Source: Candidatus Saganbacteria bacterium (GTDB lineage Bacteria > Margulisbacteria > WOR-1 > JAKLHX01). From it: DNA of 32,000 bases. Within the stretch, counting starts at the first letter, position 1. Each line of letters opens with the position of its first letter. The stretch lies in contig JAPLKZ010000010.1 in NCBI GenBank assembly GCA_026387835.1, positions 30,001 through 62,000 on the forward strand, read 5' to 3'. Both the position numbers and the translations under genes were made by a program. Below, in pieces: positions 16,377 to 23,613 of the stretch. Below the pieces are notes generated by a model that saw only the letters and a list, made by a program, of their open reading frames with translations, had not been told where the DNA came from and did no database searches.

Positions 16377-18716
16377 TTATTCTTCCATTGATCCATCTGT
16401 GTATTCTCTAGCGGATACTTGATATTCATTTCCGGGCATTGACTCCTCATCTTTTCTGGGTGTTGTCTCTTCTTTCCCGGAACCTTCCTCTTCAAGTCTG
16501 ATAGCTTTTTTTGCATCGGCGGCTGCTTTCGCAGCGTTAGGATCTTTGACAATCACTAATTTTCTTTTTCGCCGTTTACAGCTACTGGCAGCAGCCACCA
16601 GTTTCAGTAATTCAATACGGTCGTTTCTTGCAAGTACGCTGCGGCCCGCTGAATCCAGGCTGACGTTGTTGATGATGTCTTTCACTGCTGCCATCTGCTG
16701 CAGTATTTTCTGCTGCGCCTCTGGTTTATTCTTCAGCTTGGCGGAATTTTTTTTCAATTCGAAATAACGCCTGTTCAGTTCTAATATCAAACTGCTTTTC
16801 TCAAGACACATGATCTCTTTGTCAGACAAGACATGGGGCATAGCCAGAAGCTCGCCACTGACCGTCATACCGGCCTGACCAGCCGGTTTTTCTGCAGTCT
16901 TAGGCGGAGCCGCCAGAATGAAACCCTTTACCGGCCTTATCTTCTTCCCGCTTTCATCGGTCTGCCAGTATAGAAAACCTCTCTGAGCTCCGCTAAATTC
17001 AAAAGGCTCCCGCCATACACTGCCTCCGATTTCAGGAGGGATGGGCAATTCCATAGCCGGCCGCACTCCCGGTAACAGGTTCAGAACATCAGAGCCGTTT
17101 GAAAGTTTAACTGTGATCCCTTCCGGCGGATTGCTGCCGGTGCAAAGCCATGCCAGCTCGTTTAGCATACCGCCTTTCAGGCGGATCACTTCTTCCCTGT
17201 CAAAGAGTCGTCCGTTGCGTGCCAGGACCAATCCCGCTAAATTCGGACCTCCGCATTTTTTTGTTTTATCGAACGCCCGGTCCACAATTCCCCTGAGACC
17301 GTCCGTAAATTGAACCGGCTGCCAGACAATCCATCTGGGCCGGCCGGGCAGCCTGCAGCTGATGGGTTTTTGCGACTTAAGTGAATAAAGATAATGCTTT
17401 CCTTCCTTGATATGGCATTTCTGCTGTCTCGGAATCGCTTGCCCGGTGATAAACCAGTAAGCCAGCTGATATAAATGCCTATCGTTCGTGAGCGGCAGCT
17501 TCCCTGAAAACCCCTCAATGCCAAACAGTATTTTTTTTGGTTTTGTAATAAAATTTCTGCCGCTAAAAAGTTTTGCGGAGGCAAAAGGAAATGGTCTTGA
17601 TCCTCCCGGCCCGACCGGCCAATAGCAGGCACCGCGGCTGCCGTCAGGAAAAACCTGCCGTGTCCTGATCAACCTCGGCCCGAATACGGAAGTGAGCATC
17701 AGAAAGATGCTTTCACTCTCGCCGGACCTTATCTTTGACTGCGGCCTTCTATAAAGGACATCGGCGCCGTCTTTTATCCTGACGGTCTGTTCCCCATCGT
17801 TTTCCCCTTCGCCGGTCGCCAGCCAGCGGATGAACGACCTGGTCTGCGCGGAATATGTTCCAGGCAGCCGGTCAGGCGCGATCTGCGCCAGGTCATCCGC
17901 GACTGGCATCAGTTCTTCCCTGCTTAAAAACCTTCCGCCCTTGAAAAGCCTATAGCTTTTAACAATATCAAGCGTGCGTTTTTCTTTGTCAAGAGGTGTC
18001 AATAAGACTCCCCGGCTCCGGTCCCGGAAAGTTTTTGGCTCTAATCTTGCCGCTCCTATCTCGGTGACCGATCCTCGGAGATTATTATTCGGATTAAGAT
18101 TGAGCGGGCAGCTGTGATTTTTGCCCGCATTAAAATTGTATAGATAGATCTTTCCCACCGAGTCCGCCTTTAATTCGAAGGTCTCCGGCCGGCAGAGACC
18201 GGTGGCAAGCCAGTATCTCAGGTGACATATCCACAGGTCATCGGAACCGGGCTGATTCTCATCCGGCAATTTTTCCAGACCGGGGATAAATCTTTGTTTG
18301 CCATAAATGACCCTGCCGTTTCCTCCGGCCAGAAGGTAACCCGCAAAAGGAAAGCCTTTCTGACCGTTATCTTCTACCGACCATAAGACCAGCCCCCTGC
18401 TAAGCCGGAAGTCCTGGAAAGTCTTTGGTTCCAGGATCACTCCGTTCCTTGATATTTTATCGTCTTGAAATGTGTTAAGCATTGTCTTTTTACGGGTTCC
18501 GGCAGGTAGATATATAACTCTCTCGCAATGATTTACCCAAATGTGAAAAGCGGCAGGTCTCGGGCCCTGATTGGCCAGCCAGGTCAATAAGCGAAACTTG
18601 TTCTTTAAAGTCGCGCCGTTCGACGATGCCCATGACGACGCACTGCTGAATACGTTCCCGACACTTGTTATGTGCTGTACGCTTGTATTTATCGCTATTG
18701 AACTATTGTAATGCAT
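16377..18716 (-). CDS. hypothetical tandem-repeat protein B (5 copies of the same module plus a helical, basic C-terminal tail)
   Basis: 779-aa ORF. Anchors are LLTWLANQ, LRYWLATG, FIRWLATG, LAYWFITG and LAWLCTG. Second anchors are LSRGLVLW, RSRGVLL, GSRGACYW, GLRGIVD and AQRGFLYW. The tail of about 150 aa is rich in K/E/A/L and carries KRRKRK. Confidence 0.8.
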   Translation of the reverse strand: MHYNSSIAINTSVQHITSVGNVFSSASSWASSNGATLKNKFRLLTWLANQGPRPAAFHIWVNHCERVIYLPAGTRKKTMLNTFQDDKISRNGVILEPKTFQDFRLSRGLVLWSVEDNGQKGFPFAGYLLAGGNGRVIYGKQRFIPGLEKLPDENQPGSDDLWICHLRYWLATGLCRPETFELKADSVGKIYLYNFNAGKNHSCPLNLNPNNNLRGSVTEIGAARLEPKTFRDRSRGVLLTPLDKEKRTLDIVKSYRLFKGGRFLSREELMPVADDLAQIAPDRLPGTYSAQTRSFIRWLATGEGENDGEQTVRIKDGADVLYRRPQSKIRSGESESIFLMLTSVFGPRLIRTRQVFPDGSRGACYWPVGPGGSRPFPFASAKLFSGRNFITKPKKILFGIEGFSGKLPLTNDRHLYQLAYWFITGQAIPRQQKCHIKEGKHYLYSLKSQKPISCRLPGRPRWIVWQPVQFTDGLRGIVDRAFDKTKKCGGPNLAGLVLARNGRLFDREEVIRLKGGMLNELAWLCTGSNPPEGITVKLSNGSDVLNLLPGVRPAMELPIPPEIGGSVWREPFEFSGAQRGFLYWQTDESGKKIRPVKGFILAAPPKTAEKPAGQAGMTVSGELLAMPHVLSDKEIMCLEKSSLILELNRRYFELKKNSAKLKNKPEAQQKILQQMAAVKDIINNVSLDSAGRSVLARNDRIELLKLVAAASSCKRRKRKLVIVKDPNAAKAAADAKKAIRLEEEGSGKEETTPRKDEESMPGNEYQVSAREYTDGSMEE

Positions 18717-18852
18717 CTATTTCTTTTTCCAATTGGCTCTTTGATTAACTTATCGTTAAATTAATAAACAAATTTCATCTTATTTTTTTCAAAATATCGA
18801 TTAACTGAAATTTCCCTTAAATTCAAACGATACATCAATTGGATATATCATC

Positions 18853-20565
18853 ATGAACAATACAAGGTTCCCTACAGCTTCGATGTATGACGCAAGACAT
18901 CTCATACAGGGAGCCACATCGGTGCGGCCCAGGCTTCCGTTAAGCGGGATCATCGAGTCTTCAACAAGGAGTTTCAGGCAGGTCGTCTTCAGACATGATA
19001 TTTTTCCGGAAAGATCCGCTGCTTTGGTCGCGGAAGTTGTCGGCAATCTTCAAAAAAATCTTCCGTTCGTCAACCTGTTGATCACACCCGGAAATACGAC
19101 CCTCGGTTTTATGGAAGCGCTTGCGGCAAAAAAGACAGTTAATTGGAACAAGGTCAGGTTCATCCACGGAGCCGAGATCCTCGGTGAAACCCCTGACAGC
19201 CCCCTCTCCCTTGCAAGTTTTGTGAACAGATATTTTATCGGCCTTATGGACCCGAAAAACAGAATAACCGAGATCATCGGGCCTGACCCGATCCATCCGA
19301 GCACTGAAGCATATGCTGCCCGGGTCAGGAAGATCGGAGGGATAGATATCGGCGTTCTCGGCTTGGCTGCTGACGGTGAGATAGTTTTTTGCCCGCAAGG
19401 AACTCTTTTCGACAACCCCGTCTCTGTCGTTAAGCTCAGCAGGGAAAAGATCATAAGCAAAGGTCTCGATGTGAAAGACCCGACGCTTGCCAACTGCTAT
19501 GCGATGTCTCTTGGGCTTGATTTTGTGTGGGCGATCAGACATCTGTTCATGCTTGCGACAACTCCCGAAAAAGCTTCAATAACAAGAACGACACTGTTCG
19601 GCCCTGTGGGTCCGGAAAATCCCGCCTCCATCTGCAGGATCCACCGCAAATGCACGTTCATCGCTGATGAACTTGCCGCCGGGGATCCGGCATCGATAAG
19701 CCATCAGGCCGAGAAATCAGCCAGAGTTATCTGCAGCTGCAAGTGGCCAAGCCTCGATATCAGGGAAAAAGACGGTGAAGAATTTATAGAAAAGATGGCC
19801 AGGTATCTTGAGACATGTGTCACACAAAAAGAAATGGAGCTGCTGCTTTTGTGTATAAAAGCACCCGTCACATCGCTGCACGAGCTTGACCGGCAGCTGC
19901 AGCCGGCGATTTTACGTTACTATATAGAATATTTTGATGAAATAAACAAGCGGGTGTCCGATAAGGGAGATCCTAAAACCCAAAGACTCCTTTTAAGGGA
20001 CCTGTTCCAAAGGGCCGTGACAGTGTATAAATTTAAAACGACCAGAGCTATGGTTTCTGAAAGAAAAGCTCTGCTTTCTTTGTTCCTGTTCATAAATCTT
20101 AGGTCGGGCCATAAATTGGGGTCGTCATTGCGAAGCGATGTATCTCTTGACCTTCTTTTTAATGAGATCATTTCCAGCTCGGATCCGACAATCTTCAAAC
20201 CAGCGCTCGAGATAGCTGTCGAATTCCTTGCGAGTGGAGAAGAAAGTCATAATACCATTTTTTTCCAATGGCTGACGGATTTTCTGGATAAATCCGAACA
20301 CCTGCCAAGGTTTTCAAGGGCTCTGATAGATCTTTTATCGCGCGCATCAGCTGGAGAAGTCGTCCTTTTTGAAATGAAGGACAAAGATGTGTTCTTTTCC
20401 ACCGCCAAGATCGTCGTGGCAAAGATCGTACACAGGTCTGCGAGACTGACCGAAGAATTTAAGCAGTATTCCGCAATGATGACCCGTTCGATGCAGGGAA
20501 CGAATATCCCGCAGATAATCAAGGAAGTGTGGGCTGAGATAGGCAGGCTGAACGGGGGGAAATGA
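18853..20565 (+). CDS. 6-phosphogluconolactonase/NagB-fold domain with non-canonical catalytic residues, fused to an unknown ~290-aa helical domain
   Basis: 570 aa. Residues ~70-277 are colinear with the 6PGL/glucosamine-6-P deaminase family: ITPGNTT matches SGGSTP, VNWNKVRFIHGAEIL matches VDW..V.FF.GDERxV, GVLGLAADGEIVFCPQG matches LGxGPDGHTASLFPG, and the end matches FIADELAAG. The C-terminal half has no motif I recognise. Confidence 0.7.
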   Translation: MNNTRFPTASMYDARHLIQGATSVRPRLPLSGIIESSTRSFRQVVFRHDIFPERSAALVAEVVGNLQKNLPFVNLLITPGNTTLGFMEALAAKKTVNWNKVRFIHGAEILGETPDSPLSLASFVNRYFIGLMDPKNRITEIIGPDPIHPSTEAYAARVRKIGGIDIGVLGLAADGEIVFCPQGTLFDNPVSVVKLSREKIISKGLDVKDPTLANCYAMSLGLDFVWAIRHLFMLATTPEKASITRTTLFGPVGPENPASICRIHRKCTFIADELAAGDPASISHQAEKSARVICSCKWPSLDIREKDGEEFIEKMARYLETCVTQKEMELLLLCIKAPVTSLHELDRQLQPAILRYYIEYFDEINKRVSDKGDPKTQRLLLRDLFQRAVTVYKFKTTRAMVSERKALLSLFLFINLRSGHKLGSSLRSDVSLDLLFNEIISSSDPTIFKPALEIAVEFLASGEESHNTIFFQWLTDFLDKSEHLPRFSRALIDLLSRASAGEVVLFEMKDKDVFFSTAKIVVAKIVHRSARLTEEFKQYSAMMTRSMQGTNIPQIIKEVWAEIGRLNGGK

Positions 20566-20616
20566 TAATTGGTATTATGATCAATTAATTATCCAATAAT
20601 TTCAAAAATGTGTGAA

Positions 20617-20628
20617 ATTTCCGGAAAT
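20617..20628. promoter_or_regulatory. 12-bp perfect palindrome upstream of the phosphohexomutase-like gene (candidate operator)
   Basis: ATTTCCGGAAAT lies 56 nt upstream of ATG 20684, in the 118-nt AT-rich spacer after the 570-aa gene. Confidence 0.3.
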
Positions 20629-20683
20629 CTTTACCGATAATTATATAGGAAGATAATTTAATCAGCAAAGGAGAAAGAGTGAA

Positions 20684-21889
20684 ATGTCTACAGCGAGATT
20701 GACCCCAGTCCAGCAGCATTTATCCGATATCATTGGAAAGACCGCAAGGAGAAGCACATCAACGATCGCGCGGGGACCTATGGAACATGATATTTTCGGA
20801 AGAAGGCTTAATTTACAAGGCCAGTTTGTTGAGACAAGCGACAGCTCAGCAAGGCTTAACACTGCAGCTTTGGATCTATCAGCTGCACTCAAATCGAACA
20901 CCGGGGGTATTGAGACTGCTCTTAAAGGTGAAGTAATGTACTATGATGTACGGTCAAAGACACTGAGACAGCAGCCTGCTCTTGCCGCGCTTATGGCATT
21001 AGCTTATGCAAAGGAACTTCAGGTCAGGAGCGGAAAGCCGGACGGGCATGTCATCAATGTCGCCGTCGATTGCTATGCGAAACATTATGACATGATGTCT
21101 GTGTTCGCAGATACGATAGCCAGGTCCGAAGCAGTTCAGAACGGCGGGGGCGTCATATTTTGGGGGGTCCAGAACGGCGGCTCTATAAGGAACGTCGCGG
21201 AATTCCAATCGGCAGCGAACTTGGCCGGAGGCAATTGGATTTACGGAACAGTTAGCCATTTGGCTAAACCCGAAATTGCCGGAACAAAGCTCGGCATGCT
21301 TGGAAAAGTATTTTGCGGTACAGATCTTATGAAAGATCTTTATGCCAGGCTGACGACAGGCGATTTTGCCGCGCTCAGAGCAGTGGAAAATGCCGCAGAT
21401 AACTTCATCACGGTCGGTGACATGACCGCCCATAATCTTGCGGTAGCCGAAGACATGATCCGCGCAAGGACAGGCGCGACTTGCCCGACAGATGAACTTT
21501 TGGCAGGGTTAAGGATCGGGACTGATATCTGCCACAGTCCTCTCGGTCTGAATTTTTATCTCATGGCAAGTCATTTTGGAGCCGATGTACGCACATTAAA
21601 TGAAAACCTTAGCCCTGATTTCAGTGTGGCTGATATTACCGATCCAAATGAACATGAAACACCTAAGATGGCCGAATTCCGGACCAGGACATATGACAGA
21701 CGCACATGGGGCATCCTTGACCCTGATGCCGACAGAGGTACTTTTATCGCTTTGAACGCGAACGGGGTACCGGTTTCTTTAACGGGAACACATCTTTTAA
21801 AGCTGACAGCATACAATTGGGCGACCCATAACCCTCAGGGCCTGGACAAAGGACCGGATTGGCGATCCAGCTGCTCGTGGAAGCATTGA
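20684..21889 (+). CDS. divergent alpha-D-phosphohexomutase-like protein, N-terminal part (domains 1-3), frame-disrupted
   Basis: AAAGGAG SD. After an ~85-aa polar extension the sequence is colinear with PMM/PGM: YYDVRS matches AYDIRG, GTVSHLAKPEIAGTKL matches TGSHNPPxYNGFK, and LDPDADRG matches FDGDGDR. The ORF ends in out-of-frame residues (DWRSSCSWKH*). Confidence 0.75.
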   Translation: MSTARLTPVQQHLSDIIGKTARRSTSTIARGPMEHDIFGRRLNLQGQFVETSDSSARLNTAALDLSAALKSNTGGIETALKGEVMYYDVRSKTLRQQPALAALMALAYAKELQVRSGKPDGHVINVAVDCYAKHYDMMSVFADTIARSEAVQNGGGVIFWGVQNGGSIRNVAEFQSAANLAGGNWIYGTVSHLAKPEIAGTKLGMLGKVFCGTDLMKDLYARLTTGDFAALRAVENAADNFITVGDMTAHNLAVAEDMIRARTGATCPTDELLAGLRIGTDICHSPLGLNFYLMASHFGADVRTLNENLSPDFSVADITDPNEHETPKMAEFRTRTYDRRTWGILDPDADRGTFIALNANGVPVSLTGTHLLKLTAYNWATHNPQGLDKGPDWRSSCSWKH

Positions 21890-22533
21890 ACGCAAAAGGT
21901 CACAAGATCGGGTTGATAGATGCTGAACCGGGATATCCGTTCTTCATGCGCGCGATGGGAGAGACCACTGCCGCGGCAGCCGTTGAAAATACTTGTCATT
22001 TTTTCTTGGCTCCTAATACAAATCCGCTGTTTGGAGCCCCGATTTCATACCCGGGTGTCCAGGGAGGAGACGATGCGGCGCTGGCGCTTATATATTTATT
22101 GGCAGCCGCTAAACATCAATGGCAGGGCAGAAACCCTGTACAGCAATTGGATTGGATGAGACAGGAATTCGGTATACCTCCTACAATAATCAGGGAATTC
22201 AAGCCGGGTCTTCCGCAGGAATACGCTTTGAAAAAATATGATGTCGCGGAAGCGATGAAGACTTATGTAAAAAAAGAACTGGAACCGACCAGAAACTATA
22301 AAGTAGATTACATGGTTAGTGGAGTCGGAGTGCAGAGCCTCAAGACAAAAGCAACGGTACTGGTCAGGTTCTCAAATACGGGCCCCACCTTTACCACATC
22401 GGGAGAAGCACTGTCCCGGGAAGATTCTGATCAGGCATTCAAACTCGGCGCATCTATTATGGAAAAAGGAGTAAAAGCAGCCGGGGTTGAAAATGTATTT
22501 CTATGGAAGGATCTGGCTCCTTTTAAGCCGTAA
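21859..22533 (+). CDS. same phosphohexomutase-like gene, C-terminal part (domains 3-4) in the -1 frame
   Basis: This frame is open from 21832. AAVENTCHFF matches GEMSGHxFF, GGDDAALALIYLL matches DDGI.AA..LLE, and RFSNTGP matches R(A/P)S(N/G)T(T/E)P. The track start is a TTG inside the overlap, so it is unlikely to be an independent gene. Confidence 0.7.
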   Translation: MAIQLLVEALNAKGHKIGLIDAEPGYPFFMRAMGETTAAAAVENTCHFFLAPNTNPLFGAPISYPGVQGGDDAALALIYLLAAAKHQWQGRNPVQQLDWMRQEFGIPPTIIREFKPGLPQEYALKKYDVAEAMKTYVKKELEPTRNYKVDYMVSGVGVQSLKTKATVLVRFSNTGPTFTTSGEALSREDSDQAFKLGASIMEKGVKAAGVENVFLWKDLAPFKP

Positions 22534-22555
22534 ATATCAATTGCTTGTTGTTCGC

Positions 22556-22623
22556 GTGGGAATCCACCCTCTCTTCCCGATCTGATCGGGACGATACCCA
22601 CCAAATGGATTCCCACTTTTTTT
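22556..22623 (+). terminator. rho-independent terminator closing the 18.8-22.5 kb plus-strand unit
   Basis: The 11-bp outer stem GTGGGAATCCA (22556-22566) / TGGATTCCCAC (22606-22616) encloses an inner hairpin CCCGATC-t-GATCGGG (22576-22590) and is followed by T7 (22617-22623). Confidence 0.8.
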
Positions 22624-22627
22624 AACT

Positions 22628-22655
22628 TTGCCTTTCCCGTCATTTCTGCTATCAT
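22628..22655 (+). promoter_or_regulatory. promoter candidate for panE with the -10 box 7 nt from the ATG
   Basis: TTGCCT (22628-22633), 16-nt spacer, TATCAT (22650-22655), then ATTACCT and ATG 22663. No SD. Confidence 0.4.
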
Positions 22656-22662
22656 ATTACCT

Positions 22663-23613
22663 ATGAAATTCCTTGTGTACGGGGCCGGCTCGATAGGCTG
22701 CGTGTTCGGCGGCTTCCTGGCGAAAGCCGGCGAAGAAGTCGTGCTTCTTGGCAGGCCGGGCCATATCGAGATCATGAAAGCGAAAGGCCTTGATATCACC
22801 GGCATCTGGGGAGACCATCACGTTCCGGGAATACTGGGATACACGAACAGCGCCGACCTTAAAGAGGACCACGCTAATACTTTTGATCTCGTCCTTTTGA
22901 CCGTAAAATCCTATGATACAGTTGCCGCCATGGCGGATATCAGGAATATCGCCAGTGAGAACACTTATGTCCTCTCCCTGCAGAACGGCATCGGGAACGT
23001 GGAGTCGATAGCAAAAATAATAGGCCCGGAAATGACCCTCGGCGGCCGGGTCATATTCGGCGCAGAGTTCGTTGCTCCGGGTTCGGTAAAAGTGACCGTC
23101 AGCGCGGAAGACGTGGCAATAGGGAGGATAAGCCTGAAGACACCGAAAGAACCGGTAGAAGAGATGGCTAATCTGTTCACGCTTTCCGGTATTAAAACGA
23201 TCGCGACAGATGAGATCCAAAAATATATATGGGGAAAAGTCCTTTATAATTGCGCCCTTAACGCTCTCGCTACCCTTCTGGGAATAAACTACGGAGCCTT
23301 GATCGAAACAGAGTACACGCGTGACATCATGAGGCGTATCGTCGCCGAGATCTACGCCGTCGCGCAGAAGAAGGGCATTGAGCTCGAGCTGAAGACAAAG
23401 GAAGAATATATCAAGATACTGTTTAACCGCCTGATCCCCATGACGTCTTCTCATAAACCTTCGATGCTGAGGGATATAGAAAAGATAAAAAAGACGGAGA
23501 TCGATTATCTCAACGGGATGATCGTCCAAATGGGGAAAGATATCGGGATCCATGCTCCGACAAACCAGTTTTTGACGGAACTTATCAAATTCAAAGAATT
23601 AAAACACCAATGA
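22663..23613 (+). CDS. panE: 2-dehydropantoate 2-reductase (ketopantoate reductase, PanE/ApbA family)
   Basis: 316 aa. N-terminal Rossmann motif VYGAGSIGCVFGGFLAKAG, plus KSYD, NG.G, K...N...N.L..L and S.L.D....K.TEID..NG motifs. Confidence 0.85.
   Translation: MKFLVYGAGSIGCVFGGFLAKAGEEVVLLGRPGHIEIMKAKGLDITGIWGDHHVPGILGYTNSADLKEDHANTFDLVLLTVKSYDTVAAMADIRNIASENTYVLSLQNGIGNVESIAKIIGPEMTLGGRVIFGAEFVAPGSVKVTVSAEDVAIGRISLKTPKEPVEEMANLFTLSGIKTIATDEIQKYIWGKVLYNCALNALATLLGINYGALIETEYTRDIMRRIVAEIYAVAQKKGIELELKTKEEYIKILFNRLIPMTSSHKPSMLRDIEKIKKTEIDYLNGMIVQMGKDIGIHAPTNQFLTELIKFKELKHQ

Noticed and set aside
16328-16552. 74-aa ORF overlapping the 3' end of repeat protein B, plus small ORFs 15002-15199, 18801-19046 and 16546-16767
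   Set aside because: They overlap longer, better-supported genes in other frames or on the other strand, and have no start-site signals.
16569-16586. KRRKRK in repeat protein B read as a eukaryotic nuclear localisation signal (effector hypothesis)
   Set aside because: A single basic hexapeptide is insufficient. The window shows no secretion system or host-association markers, and metVF with gdhA suggests a free-living anaerobe. It is kept only as a basic patch in the tail description.
21832-21889. Programmed -1 ribosomal frameshifting as the explanation for the split phosphohexomutase-like gene
   Set aside because: There is no X-XXY-YYZ slippery heptamer and no obvious downstream pseudoknot or hairpin in the overlap. 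A 1-nt indel, whether a mutation or an assembly error, is the simpler explanation.
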